Shown here: in pieces, positions 21,829-31,900 of the stretch
How the letters are laid out: every line of letters begins with the position of its first letter
How positions within the stretch are numbered: the stretch's first letter is position 1
Assembly (NCBI GenBank): GCA_041687805.1
Contig: JBDNJK010000116.1
Coordinates: forward strand, 3,985-67,984
Source: Acidimicrobiales bacterium
GTDB taxonomy: Bacteria; Actinomycetota; Acidimicrobiia; Acidimicrobiales; Aldehydirespiratoraceae
DNA length: 64,000 bases
Direction: 5' to 3'
The notes under the pieces: generated by a model
Seen by the model: only the letters and a program-made list of their open reading frames with translations
Told to the model about the DNA's origin: nothing
The model's database searches: none
Made by a program: the position numbers and the translations under genes

Positions 21829-22268
21829 GACAAGAGATCCGCCACCGCATCCACGGCAAGCAGATATCCGTGTGCACCGAAACCGCTGATGCTGCCAGTT
21901 GCCACAGGAGCCACCACCGAGGTGCGACGCCACGGCTCCCTCGTGTCGGGGTTGGAGAGGTGGAGTTCGACGATGACTCCGTCGTAGGCCGCGAGTGCGT
22001 CGTGGATCGCCCATGAGGAATGGGTGAACGCACCAGGATTGATGATGATCGCAGCCGTTGTGTGGCGGGCCGCATGGATCGCATCTATCAGGTCTGCCTC
22101 GCTGTTGGACTGAAGGTGGTTGATCGACAATCCATGCCGGGCACCGGCCGCTGTGGCAGCCGCAACATGATCATCGAGCGAGTCGGTGCCGTAGATCAAC
22201 GGCTCGCGTGTGCCGAGCAGATTCAGGTTGGGACCTGACAACAGAAGCACTTCCACGTTATTTGTCAT
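21825..22268 (-). CDS. aroQ: type II 3-dehydroquinate dehydratase
   Basis: GPNLNLLGTREP.IYG, QSNSE, INPGAFTH, ELHLSN; GGAGA upstream of ATG 22268. Confidence 0.95.
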   Translation of the reverse strand: MTNNVEVLLLSGPNLNLLGTREPLIYGTDSLDDHVAAATAAGARHGLSINHLQSNSEADLIDAIHAARHTTAAIIINPGAFTHSSWAIHDALAAYDGVIVELHLSNPDTREPWRRTSVVAPVATGSISGFGAHGYLLAVDAVADLLS

Positions 22269-22301
22269 TGGTGTCTCTCCGATCTCATTCAATTGAGCGT
22301 G

Positions 22302-23309
22302 TCATCGAACGGCATCCACTGCGTTGATCAACAGATCACGGTCTATTCCAACCACCGGCTCCACACCCGATGGACCATCGAGCACCAAAGTGACACCCGC
22401 AACAGCCTTCTTGTCATGGGTGAAGAGATCGACGAGTTCGCTGCTTTTCAGCACGCCGGGGACTTTGCTTGACAGATCGTAGGCCGCCACAACCCGGCGG
22501 TGCTCAGCCACACGCGCATCGTCGATTCGGCCCAGGCGTCGCGCCACCTCGGCGGCGTAGACAAGCCCGATCGCGACGGCTTCGCCATGACGCAGGTCGT
22601 AGGACCCAGCGGTCTCGATGGCATGAGCGAGCGTGTGTCCGTAGTTGAGCACGGCACGACTCCCCAAATCGCGTTCATCGGCCATGACCACATCGGCTTT
22701 CAGTTTCACGCACGCCGTCACTCTGGCGTTGATGTCGAGACGATCGAGATCACCTGCCCCGAGGAAGTGATACTTCGCAACCTCACCGTTTCCGCTCTTC
22801 GTCTCACGATCCGGCAAGCTCGACAACGTCTCGGTGTCGCACAGCACAGCCGATGGCTGCCAGAACGCGCCAACAAGATTTTTCCCCTCGGGAACATTCA
22901 CGCCGGTCTTGCCACCTATCGCCGCGTCGACCTGACCAAGGAGGGTGGTCGACACGGACACGAAGCGAATCCCGCGATGATAAACCGATGCCACAAAACC
23001 GCCGAGATCGGTTACCACACCACCGCCCACCGCCACGATCACGTCACCACGGGTGAAACCGGCACGTGCCAAACGCCGGCACACCGTCTCGACGTTGGCC
23101 AGCGACTTGGCCTCCTCACCGGGCGGAACAACGATCGTGATGTGTTCAACCCCGGGATCGACAGTCCAGGGCACAGCCTCTTGCGTCACAACAGCGACTC
23201 TTCGAGCATCGGCTGGCAGCACGTCGTGCAACATTGCTCGCACGCCGCGGCCCACGTGTACGCGATATCCGCGTTCTCCGAGGTCGACATCTATGACGCT
23301 CACAAACAT
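22302..23309 (-). CDS. aroB: 3-dehydroquinate synthase
   Basis: GE.AKS, GGGVVTD, VDAAIGGKTGVN, LNYGHT..HAIE, HGEAV. Confidence 0.96.
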   Translation of the reverse strand: MFVSVIDVDLGERGYRVHVGRGVRAMLHDVLPADARRVAVVTQEAVPWTVDPGVEHITIVVPPGEEAKSLANVETVCRRLARAGFTRGDVIVAVGGGVVTDLGGFVASVYHRGIRFVSVSTTLLGQVDAAIGGKTGVNVPEGKNLVGAFWQPSAVLCDTETLSSLPDRETKSGNGEVAKYHFLGAGDLDRLDINARVTACVKLKADVVMADERDLGSRAVLNYGHTLAHAIETAGSYDLRHGEAVAIGLVYAAEVARRLGRIDDARVAEHRRVVAAYDLSSKVPGVLKSSELVDLFTHDKKAVAGVTLVLDGPSGVEPVVGIDRDLLINAVDAVR

Positions 23310-23824
23310 CCATCCTCTTCGATCACGGCTATCAGGTGGTCGACCGTAGCCCTACGCCCGAGGTCGGTCGTGTCTACTCTCAAGTCGCACACCTCTTCAT
23401 AAAACGCCGACCTCTCCGAAACTTTCCTGGCAAGGTTCGCCTCGACGTCTCCTTGAAGGAGCGGCCTTCCGCGACCTCCATGCACTCGTTTGACAAGGGC
23501 CGCGACCCCGGCATCCAACCAGATGACCAACGACGCGGCGTCACACAGTATGAGGCGATTGGTGGGCGACACCACGATCCCGCCGCCTGTGGACACGACT
23601 GATCGCGGTCCGGCGAGAATCTCGCTGAGCGCGACGGACTCACGGCGACGAAAATCGGCCTCACCCCAACGACGAAAGATCTCCTCGACCGAACACCCAG
23701 CACCACTTGCAACCGCCGAATCGGTGTCTCGGTGAGGCAGACCGAAATGTTTTGCCAAGTCGCGCCCGACTGTCGACTTGCCCGACCCCATGGGCCCAAC
23801 CAGAACAAGGTGCCGCTTCCTCAC
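23300..23824 (-). CDS. aroK: shikimate kinase
   Basis: GPMGSGKSTVG, GEADFRRRE, STGGG, RPLL. Confidence 0.96.
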   Translation of the reverse strand: MRKRHLVLVGPMGSGKSTVGRDLAKHFGLPHRDTDSAVASGAGCSVEEIFRRWGEADFRRRESVALSEILAGPRSVVSTGGGIVVSPTNRLILCDAASLVIWLDAGVAALVKRVHGGRGRPLLQGDVEANLARKVSERSAFYEEVCDLRVDTTDLGRRATVDHLIAVIEEDGCL

Positions 23825-23873
23825 CGGCCAGAGGGTACCGCCATGGTGTCGTGTGGATGTCGGCTTTACACCT

Positions 23874-24713
23874 TCAGACGCCCAGAAGCGTCTGGGACAA
23901 CAGTATGGCGATCACCGTGCCGGCGGCCAGAGCCGGACCGAAGGGAATACTTTGCGCCAGCACGCGTGTCGGTTGACCATCGGTCGCCTCCGGATCGGCC
24001 AACAGGTCGGCATCCGACTTCCTGGCCATGGCCACCGCAATGCCGCCGGTGACCCCGATGACGCTACCGATCAGCAACGAGATGAAAATCAGGCGGATGA
24101 CCGGCGTCCAACCCACATATGTGCTTCCTGCGACCCACCCGATGTGGAGCCCGAGCAACAGCGACAATTTGACGTCACCGAATCCCATGCCCCGCGGCGA
24201 GATCAAGTGAGCGATCAGCAAGAGTGTGAAATAGGCCAAGGCCCCGACCAGCGCTCGGCCTATCGCAACTGGACGATCGATTATCAGAGCGACTGCCACC
24301 ATGGCTACAACTGACACTCCAATTGCAGGAAAGGTGATCAGGTCGGGCAATCGATAGACATACATGTCGATCACCGACAACGCCATCAACGCCGTGATGA
24401 GAACAAGAGGCGGGATGATCACCCACTCCGCTCCGAACTTGACGGCGACGATCGCGAACAGCACTGCCGTTACTACCTCCACCGCGGGATATGCGGGGGT
24501 GATCGAATGATCGCAGTGACGGCATTTGCCATGCTGGCGAACCCACGAAACAACAGGAATCACTTCGCCGATATTCAAGGGATGTTCGCAAAAGGGGCAT
24601 CTGGAACGAAACGAAAGTGGCGTCTTGTCGGGGACACGATCGATGATCATCGTCACCAACCCGCCGACTATCAGCCCAATCGGGATTGCGCCGATCACGA
24701 AGGCGGTATCCAA
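23874..24713 (-). CDS. pilD: prepilin peptidase (A24A family, PilD-like)
   Basis: SRCPFC...IPVVSW...GKCRHC zinc domain, ID..YRLPD, GMGFGDVKL, IPFGPAL; AGGGAGG SD before TTG. Confidence 0.92.
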   Translation of the reverse strand: MDTAFVIGAIPIGLIVGGLVTMIIDRVPDKTPLSFRSRCPFCEHPLNIGEVIPVVSWVRQHGKCRHCDHSITPAYPAVEVVTAVLFAIVAVKFGAEWVIIPPLVLITALMALSVIDMYVYRLPDLITFPAIGVSVVAMVAVALIIDRPVAIGRALVGALAYFTLLLIAHLISPRGMGFGDVKLSLLLGLHIGWVAGSTYVGWTPVIRLIFISLLIGSVIGVTGGIAVAMARKSDADLLADPEATDGQPTRVLAQSIPFGPALAAGTVIAILLSQTLLGV

Positions 24714-24745
24714 TCAGATCGCCTCCCTGCTCGACGGCTTCGGCC

Positions 24746-25681
24746 TCAGGAGTCTACCGAACCCAGAAATCTCAGCAGAAGGCTCCTGTTGACTGTGCCA
24801 TCCTCTGCCTCCACCTGCGCCAGCAAAGCGTCGCGCTCGGTATCGGTGGTAGCTCTAGCCGCTTGGGCAACAGCTCTCGCTGCCCTCGGACTGAGATTCG
24901 CAAGTTGCCTCGCCATCTCGGCCGGGTTGAGGGTCTCTTCTTCGGGCTGTCCCCAATCACCACGGCTGTCCATCAGCGGATCGCCTGCGGTCAGCAACGG
25001 ATCGAGTGAGGAGACGTGACCGGAATCAGCCAGTGGCCCCTCATCATGGAAGGTGAATAGGTCGTCGACTTCTGGTTCTGTCCTATCCATGGAATCGGGT
25101 GTTTCTACCGAAGCTTCATCTACCTCTACCGGAGATTCAGATATCTCCACCAGAGAACTTTCAATCAGATCTTTCACCAGCCGGCATGCGTCCACTTCGT
25201 TCAGTGCCATACGACGCACTACGTCTGTGACCAGCGAGCCAGAACCGATGGCAACGATTCCGCGCCAGCGATCAGCATCGACCACCACGTCATGGTCCGA
25301 TAGTTCCTGACAAAGGGAAATGTACACGTTCATGGACGGCACGACGAGTTGGATCTGGTGCCATTCAACGAGCATCGCCTCGGCTTGAGACAGAACCAAG
25401 CTCATGGGCTGAGGTGTCGAGACAGCAGTAGTCGTGACGTCATCCTCGAAGGTGAACGAGCCTGTCTCCCAACGCATGAGATGGAACAACACCTCCCCAT
25501 AGGTCGGTTCAACTGTGAGATCGCCATCGACCTCTGCAGCTACGACGTCGCCGTTGCCGAGCCAGACGTTGCCTGACCCGCTTGGGCTCAGTACGCCTAG
25601 TCGGCCGGATTTCATCGTCGACGCGAGTAGCCGCATGACATCCGGTAGTGAGAATGTGTCGAGAGTGCCAGAGAGTGCCAC
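24746..25681 (-). CDS. DUF4388 (PATAN-like) domain protein
   Basis: ALSGTLDTFSLPDVMRLLA...KSG.L, W.TGSFTFE; GGAGG SD before GTG 25681. Confidence 0.8.
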   Translation of the reverse strand: MALSGTLDTFSLPDVMRLLASTMKSGRLGVLSPSGSGNVWLGNGDVVAAEVDGDLTVEPTYGEVLFHLMRWETGSFTFEDDVTTTAVSTPQPMSLVLSQAEAMLVEWHQIQLVVPSMNVYISLCQELSDHDVVVDADRWRGIVAIGSGSLVTDVVRRMALNEVDACRLVKDLIESSLVEISESPVEVDEASVETPDSMDRTEPEVDDLFTFHDEGPLADSGHVSSLDPLLTAGDPLMDSRGDWGQPEEETLNPAEMARQLANLSPRAARAVAQAARATTDTERDALLAQVEAEDGTVNRSLLLRFLGSVDS

Positions 25682-25741
25682 GTTTACCTCCGAAGTAAAA
25701 CAACAAGTCACTATCGGCACAACAGTGAGGGGATGTGAGTG

Positions 25742-26587
25742 TTAACGAGAATGAAGTTCGGCAATTGCCGCGTTCCTCATCGTGCCAATCGGTGCAGCCA
25801 CTTGAGTCCAGCTACTGAAAGCAATAGCCGCTTGGCGAATCAGCATCGACAAACCATTATGCGCTGATGCGCCGTTCTCGACTGCGCCAGCCATCCATGC
25901 GGTGGTGGCTGGGTTGTAAATCAGATCGACTACCACCTGACCGGAACCCAAAAGTGAGGGGTCACAAGGAAACGACCGGTCGCCACCCAGGCCGACCGGA
26001 GTGGCGTTGACCACCACCTCGGCCTGCGACACCTCACCTACTACAGCGACTCGCCCAACCTCACCGGCAAGCCGAGCTGCAGCAACGCCTCTTTCGTGTG
26101 ACCGGTTGATCACCGCTATGTCGGAGGCTCCGGATTTCGAGAGAGCCAGGATCACGGCACGCGCTGCTCCGCCTGCACCCAAGACTGCAAACGAATGGCC
26201 GGCAGGTTCGATACCGGCGTCGTCGCGAAGAGCATCGACGAATCCTGCACCATCGGTGTTGTCGGCGCCGACTCGACCGTCAGGAAGTAGAGAAAGACAA
26301 TTGGCAGCATTCAATGCCGCTGCCGTTTCGCTGACCTCATCGACCGCTGCCAGAACGGCTTCCTTGTGAGGCATGGTGACCGACATCCCGGCAATGCCAA
26401 GAGCCTTCATGGCGTGGACCGCTGCGACGCCACCTCCGGCAGGCACAGGAAGCGCCACATAGACCCAATCGAGCCCTGAAGCGCCGAACGCAGCATTGTG
26501 TATGACCGGCGACAGCGAATGCGAAATCGGGTCCCCGATCACTGCGGCGACACGTGTCGAGCCTCGAGGCGATCGCAGAACGTTCAC
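25742..26587 (-). CDS. aroE: shikimate dehydrogenase (start approximate)
   Basis: IGDPISHSLSP.IHN, VTMPHK, NTDG.G, LGAGGAARA, NATP, DLIY. Confidence 0.95.
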   Translation of the reverse strand: MNVLRSPRGSTRVAAVIGDPISHSLSPVIHNAAFGASGLDWVYVALPVPAGGGVAAVHAMKALGIAGMSVTMPHKEAVLAAVDEVSETAAALNAANCLSLLPDGRVGADNTDGAGFVDALRDDAGIEPAGHSFAVLGAGGAARAVILALSKSGASDIAVINRSHERGVAAARLAGEVGRVAVVGEVSQAEVVVNATPVGLGGDRSFPCDPSLLGSGQVVVDLIYNPATTAWMAGAVENGASAHNGLSMLIRQAAIAFSSWTQVAAPIGTMRNAAIAELHSR

Positions 26588-26594
26588 CTCGACA

Positions 26595-28127
26595 TCAACC
26601 GCAATAGCCGAGGTCTGTGCACACCTGCAGAGCCACGGCTCGTTCAGACTCGGTGGTGGCAAATGTGTGGGCACCCTTGACACCACCCTCGTCGGTGAGG
26701 ACATAGTAGAACCAATCACCCTCAGCTGGCTGAAGCGCAGCCTTGAGCGACTTTGCTCCTGGAGCGGCAATTGGGGTGGGTGGTAGTCCTGCTACTGCTC
26801 GGGTGTTCCATGGCGACTCGTTGTCGAGGTCGCTCTGCAACAACGGCTCGGTGAATGACTTTCCGGCCGCGTAGTAGGTCGAGGCATCAATCCCCAACTT
26901 CTCACCGACCAAAAGGCGGTTGTAGATCACGCGGGCGATCTTCGCACGATCTCCGTCGACCTTTGCTTCTTCCTCGATCAAGGACGCGACGATCACCACC
27001 TGGTAGTCGGTGAGCCCAAGCTCATCGATGACAGAAGCACGACCAGGGTCCTCCAACAGGGCTCCGAACCGTTGGTCGAACGTCTGACTCATCCGGTCGA
27101 TGAGCTTGTGTTCGTTGCCGCGATCGCGCTCCGGCACGTCGTACGTGGCCGGGAACAACATCCCTTCGAACCAGAACAGCGAGAGGTCGGTCGAATCGAG
27201 ATACTTCGAGATGAGCGATTCGTCGGCCAGGGCCTGCAGCAGATCGTCTCGCGTGAATCGGTCGTTCTCGGCGACGAGGCGATCGATGATCTCGGTCAGC
27301 CGAAGGCCCTCAGGAATGGTGATGTCGAACACCGGCTCCGGGATCGGCCCCTCATCGAGTTGTCCAACCGCGGCATCGAAACTCATATTGAGATTGAGTA
27401 TGTAATCTCCGGCTTCGAACGTCCGCTCGGCATCGCAGCCCAGAAATCCGGTGATTGAAATATGGCCACCGGTGTCGCCCTCGCAACGCAACCAATAGCG
27501 AAAAACCGTGCCGTTGCTGATGACATTCTTGGATGCGAGTGCCGATGCCACATCGTTGGTGGAGGCCCCTTTGGGAATGTCGAAATCAACTTCGGCTCCC
27601 ACCGAACCCGCCGGGGTGATCTGTGCGTCGATCCAGGTGTAGATCTTGCCTCTGACCCAACCGGCCGCAAACAAGACGAGGAGAATCAAGATCAGAATCC
27701 TGAAGATCCCGCCCCAACTGTTGCGATACCTGACCCAGTTGCGATCTTCCAGGTCGTAGCGCGGATCCACAAGCGGGTCGGCCATGGGGTCATCTTCAAA
27801 GACGTACTCGACACCGTCGGCATCGACCCCAGCCACAATCACCGCACCTGGAGGCGCTATGTGATCGGGCAGGGCTACCGACGACTCGGGCGACAGGGTC
27901 GATACTCCCGGTTGGACCGGGATCTGCGCCGGCACGGTGGGCGTCACAGGAACAGCCACTCGAGTCGGCTGGCGTCGTTTGGCGCGTGGCCGAGTGGTCG
28001 GGCGCGGTGTCTCGACCTGCGATTCGACCTCTACTTGCCCGGGGGTCGCCTCAGCATCCTCGGGAGATTGGCCTTCGCCGACGATGAACGCCGATAACGA
28101 CTTCCACGGCTTCGACTTCTCAGCCAC
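26595..28127 (-). CDS. mltG: endolytic transglycosylase MltG with long N-terminal extension
   Basis: TIPEGL, EGMLFPATY, ASLIEEEA, VIYNRL, SPWNT, GLPPTPI.APG; one TM helix. Confidence 0.93.
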   Translation of the reverse strand: MAEKSKPWKSLSAFIVGEGQSPEDAEATPGQVEVESQVETPRPTTRPRAKRRQPTRVAVPVTPTVPAQIPVQPGVSTLSPESSVALPDHIAPPGAVIVAGVDADGVEYVFEDDPMADPLVDPRYDLEDRNWVRYRNSWGGIFRILILILLVLFAAGWVRGKIYTWIDAQITPAGSVGAEVDFDIPKGASTNDVASALASKNVISNGTVFRYWLRCEGDTGGHISITGFLGCDAERTFEAGDYILNLNMSFDAAVGQLDEGPIPEPVFDITIPEGLRLTEIIDRLVAENDRFTRDDLLQALADESLISKYLDSTDLSLFWFEGMLFPATYDVPERDRGNEHKLIDRMSQTFDQRFGALLEDPGRASVIDELGLTDYQVVIVASLIEEEAKVDGDRAKIARVIYNRLLVGEKLGIDASTYYAAGKSFTEPLLQSDLDNESPWNTRAVAGLPPTPIAAPGAKSLKAALQPAEGDWFYYVLTDEGGVKGAHTFATTESERAVALQVCTDLGYCG

Positions 28128-28542
28128 GTGGCATCCCCGAATCGAGCCACGATTGCAAAATGACCGAAGCAGCAACCATGTCGATCACGCGGCGGCGGTC
28201 GGCGGCGTTCATATCCTGCTCCTTGAGGCTGCGCTCGGCGGTGACGGTGGTGAGTCTCTCATCGTAGGTAACAACCGGCACTGTGAGGGTGTCGCCGAGC
28301 GCCTTACTTTCGGACAGGCAAAGTTTGGCGGCCGGCCCCATGGTGCCATCGAGGCTGAATGGCATGCCGACCACGACGATTTCGGCCTCCCACTCTTCGA
28401 CAAGATCGGAGATCATTTGATGCTCGCGTTTACGATCTCCAACACGCCGGATTACCTCGATCGGTGTCGCGATCGAACCACGGCTGTCGCTGATGGCAAC
28501 GCCCACACGTTTCGACCCCAAATCGAGGCCCAGGGCCCTCAT
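28120..28542 (-). CDS. ruvX: RuvX/YqgF family nuclease
   Basis: LGLDLGSKRVGVAISD, VVGMP, DERLTT, ID..AA..ILQ. Confidence 0.95.
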   Translation of the reverse strand: MRALGLDLGSKRVGVAISDSRGSIATPIEVIRRVGDRKREHQMISDLVEEWEAEIVVVGMPFSLDGTMGPAAKLCLSESKALGDTLTVPVVTYDERLTTVTAERSLKEQDMNAADRRRVIDMVAASVILQSWLDSGMPRG

Positions 28543-28543
28543 G

Positions 28544-31105
28544 TCAGAGGATCCCGGCGGCAGCCCGAGCCTGATCGAGTGCGATGTCGATGGCGGAGGC
28601 ATCCTTGCCCCCGGCAACAGCGAGATCGTCGGCTGATCGGCCGCCGCCACCGATGGTCACTTTGGCCTGCGCAATCAGATCACCCGCTTTGAGCCCACCG
28701 TCTGGAGCGACAGCCGACACAAGACCGGCACCGCCTTCATCAAATCCGGCGCCGAGCACAACCGCCTTCACACCGGGCTGGTCACGTACGGACACCGCAA
28801 GATCGCGCAAACCGTTGCGATCTACACCATCGACCCTCGCAACAACCACACCATCAACGGCGGCCGAAGCCAGCGTCGGGGCTTGGCCAATCGCCAACTT
28901 CTGTTTGAGCTCAGAGACGGCGGCTCGCAATGACTTCTGCTCAGCGAGTCGACGCTCCAACCCTGACACGACCTGGTCGGGGGCGACTCCCAACATCTCC
29001 GCCACCGCCGCGAGCGTGTCGCCGTTGGAGCGGAGTAGATCGACGCTGACGAAGCCCGTCACGGCTTCGATCCGGCGAATGTTCGAACCGATGGAGCCCT
29101 CCGAGATGATGCGAAACGCCCCGATATCACCGAGTGCCGAGACATGGGTGCCGCCGCACAATTCGATGGAGTGGCTCCCGGCCTCCAGCACTCTGACCAC
29201 ATCGCCGTATTTGTCGCCGAAGAATGCAATCGCTCCGAGGGCCTCAGCTTCAGCCATTGAGGTCTCGAAATTGTGGCACTCGACATTTTCGAGAACTTCG
29301 TTGTTTACGAGGTCCTCGACCTCGCGGATCTGCTCCGGTGTCATGGCGTCGTAGTGACTGAAATCGAATCGGAGCCGATCGGGATCGACGGAAGATCCCT
29401 GCTGCTTGACGTGTCCGCCGAGGACGCTTCGCAGGGCCCAGTGGAGGATGTGGGTGGCGGTGTGATTGCGGCGGATCGCGGCGCGTCTTGGAGAATCGAT
29501 GCTCGCGGTGGCTACTTGGCCTACTTCGATGGTGCCCGAAATTGCCTCGATTGTGTGGGCCGTGAGCCCAGGGACGATCCAGCGAGTGTCGACGACCTTC
29601 ACCTCGCCGGTGGGTGTGGTGATCGTGCCGGTGTCGCCTACCTGACCGCCGCTCTCTGCGTAGAACGGCGTGCGATCCAAGACAAGCAGCCCATCGTCGT
29701 AGTGCAGGACCCTCGCATCTGATGTGTCTTCAACTCGACCCGTGAAATCGGTGGTGCCGAACTGATCGATCAGTTCGACGAAGACGGCTGGATCTACCCC
29801 GGTGGCAATCTTGCGAGCATCCTTGGCCATCCGACGCTGTTGGGCCATCGCGGCCTCGAAGCTTTCTATATCGACTTCAACGCCGCGCTCGCCGGTGATT
29901 TCCTGGGTGACTTCGAGTGGGAATCCGTAGGTGTCGTGGAGCAGAAAGGCAGTTGCGCCGGGGAGAGGCGCGCCGGGTTCAAGTTCGGCGAGTTGCTGGT
30001 CGAGAATCGCCTGACCAGTGCGTAATGTCTCACGAAAACGAATCTCCTCGCGATCGATCACGCCGCGAATGAATTCGTGATTACGAACCAGATCGGGATA
30101 GTCGGGGCCCATCACCTCAACCACTGCATCTACCATCCCTGCCATGACCGTCTGCTCGACACCGAGAATGTAAGCGTGACGAACGGCGCGACGCAGGATG
30201 CGGCGAAGCACATAACCCCGCGCTTCGTTGGAGGGGAACACCCCGTCGCTCACCAGAAGCGAAGTGCTCCGGGCGTGATCGGCAAGAATTCGCAGTGAAA
30301 CATCGCTCTCAACGCCGACACCCTCCGCTACGCCGGTGAGACGCGATGCCGCCGACAGCAGCGCTGCCAACTCGTCGGTCTCCCAGACGGACTCAACCCC
30401 CTGAAGCACCGACACCACCCGCTCCAGGCCCATGCCGGTGTCGATCGACGGCTTTGGAAGCGGCGTTTGAGAACCATCGCCGTGTTGTTCAAACTGCATG
30501 AACACCAGGTTCCAAATCTCTATGTAGCGCTCCTCGCCGCCGAAGGCAGGGCCACCATCTGGCCCGTATTTCTCGCCCTTGTCCCAGAAAATCTCTGAAC
30601 AGGGACCACACGGCCCGGTGTCGCCCATGCGCCAGTAGTTGTCCTCGTCGAGCCGTTGGATGCGCTCGGCTGGCACACCTACCTCATCGCGCCAGATTGT
30701 CTCAGCCTCGTCATCGGACAGGTGGACGGTGACCCAGAGTCGGTCAGGGTCGAGTCCAAGTTGTTCGGTCATTAATTCCCATGACCATGGGATCGCATCA
30801 GACTTGAAGTAGTCGCCGAAACTGAAATTGCCGAGCATCTCGAAGAATGTGAGATGCCTGGACGTACGGCCGATCTCGTCGAGGTCGTTGTGTTTCCCAC
30901 CGGCCCGCACGCATTTCTGGATGGTGACGGCACGGTCGAACGGTGCGGCCTCCTCACCAGTGAAATACGGCTTGAATGGCACCATCCCCGCGACTGTGAA
31001 AAGCAACGTGGGATCGTGCGGAATGAGGCTCGCGGACGGTTGGAGAGTGTGACCGCGCTCAACGAAGAAATCGGTGAACGCCTTGCGCACCTCATTGGCT
31101 TTCAC
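28544..31105 (-). CDS. alaS: alanine--tRNA ligase
   Basis: DPTLLFT.AGMVPFK, EIWNLVFMQ, IDTGMGLER, NHTATH, ELCGGTH. Confidence 0.99.
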   Translation of the reverse strand: MKANEVRKAFTDFFVERGHTLQPSASLIPHDPTLLFTVAGMVPFKPYFTGEEAAPFDRAVTIQKCVRAGGKHNDLDEIGRTSRHLTFFEMLGNFSFGDYFKSDAIPWSWELMTEQLGLDPDRLWVTVHLSDDEAETIWRDEVGVPAERIQRLDEDNYWRMGDTGPCGPCSEIFWDKGEKYGPDGGPAFGGEERYIEIWNLVFMQFEQHGDGSQTPLPKPSIDTGMGLERVVSVLQGVESVWETDELAALLSAASRLTGVAEGVGVESDVSLRILADHARSTSLLVSDGVFPSNEARGYVLRRILRRAVRHAYILGVEQTVMAGMVDAVVEVMGPDYPDLVRNHEFIRGVIDREEIRFRETLRTGQAILDQQLAELEPGAPLPGATAFLLHDTYGFPLEVTQEITGERGVEVDIESFEAAMAQQRRMAKDARKIATGVDPAVFVELIDQFGTTDFTGRVEDTSDARVLHYDDGLLVLDRTPFYAESGGQVGDTGTITTPTGEVKVVDTRWIVPGLTAHTIEAISGTIEVGQVATASIDSPRRAAIRRNHTATHILHWALRSVLGGHVKQQGSSVDPDRLRFDFSHYDAMTPEQIREVEDLVNNEVLENVECHNFETSMAEAEALGAIAFFGDKYGDVVRVLEAGSHSIELCGGTHVSALGDIGAFRIISEGSIGSNIRRIEAVTGFVSVDLLRSNGDTLAAVAEMLGVAPDQVVSGLERRLAEQKSLRAAVSELKQKLAIGQAPTLASAAVDGVVVARVDGVDRNGLRDLAVSVRDQPGVKAVVLGAGFDEGGAGLVSAVAPDGGLKAGDLIAQAKVTIGGGGRSADDLAVAGGKDASAIDIALDQARAAAGIL

Positions 31106-31134
31106 GTGGAAATAGCTTTCATGAGGCTCGCAGC

Positions 31135-31446
31135 CTATCGGCGCAGGCCGTCGGGCCTCAGCCCCCGAGCGGGGCCGACATGGCCCTCAGATCGGTGGGT
31201 AGAGAACTCCTCTATCAGATCGCGCTCGACCTGACGCATGACCGCCATACCCTCTCGAGCCGCGTCTCTAACCTCTGTGGCACGCGTTCGCGAACGCTGC
31301 GCCACGTCGCGGCCGCGATCAGCCACGTTGCTTCGTACCTCGGCCGGGGCGTACCGCTCAACGGTTTGCTTGACTCGACGCTGGACGAATATCCACGACC
31401 CGATTCCGAGCGAGTAACCGATCCCGGTCCAGAACATTCGCTTCAT
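31135..31446 (-). CDS. small membrane-anchored protein (DUF6167-like)
   Basis: MKRMFWTGIGY.LG N-terminus; ATGA-coupled to DUF948-like gene upstream of alaS, as in other actinobacteria. Confidence 0.65.
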   Translation of the reverse strand: MKRMFWTGIGYSLGIGSWIFVQRRVKQTVERYAPAEVRSNVADRGRDVAQRSRTRATEVRDAAREGMAVMRQVERDLIEEFSTHRSEGHVGPARGLRPDGLRR

Positions 31447-31853
31447 CCAGCCTGCTCCAAGCGTTGCGTGGTCGCATTGGCGTCGATCACCTGGCTGGAC
31501 CGGCCCCACCGGAGTCGGCGAGTCGCTCTGCCGGCACCTGCCACCAGCGAGATGGTCTTGATCAACGGCGGGGCCATTGCTTTGTAGGTGAGACGCGACG
31601 CGTTGTCGACAGTGTTGGTGATGCTTTCGGCTCGATCGATGATTCCGTCGACTCTTTCGAGGCCATCCCCAGCCTTCGCGACCGTGTTCCTCAGATCAGC
31701 CACCATTGGCAGAGTGGAGCCACGCAACTCGTCGACGGTAAGGCGAAGTTCGCGCAAAGTGCGAGCGATTGACTGCACCACCACCACCATCACCGCGACC
31801 ATCACAAGCGAGAGAATCGTGACGACAATCGCCGCAAGATCTGTAGCAGACAT
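31443..31853 (-). CDS. DUF948-like membrane / coiled-coil protein
   Basis: N-terminal TM helix, heptad-like region, PPLIK; conserved position. Confidence 0.7.
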   Translation of the reverse strand: MSATDLAAIVVTILSLVMVAVMVVVVQSIARTLRELRLTVDELRGSTLPMVADLRNTVAKAGDGLERVDGIIDRAESITNTVDNASRLTYKAMAPPLIKTISLVAGAGRATRRLRWGRSSQVIDANATTQRLEQAG

Positions 31854-31900
31854 GTCTCAATTAAAGCCGAACACACCGGTGCGGTAGGTGATGGTGTATC

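Noticed and set aside
25661..25680. 10-bp tandem repeat GAGAGTGCCA x2
   Set aside because: Only two copies, within the normal DUF4388 N-terminal coding sequence; not an array
28544..28650. Long N-terminal extensions in the ORF track (ruvX, secF, pyrC, aroE, metK, ruvA, queA, fabI and others)
   Set aside because: Artefacts of longest-ORF calling; downstream starts fit stop-start overlaps, SD or -10 elements and conserved N-termini
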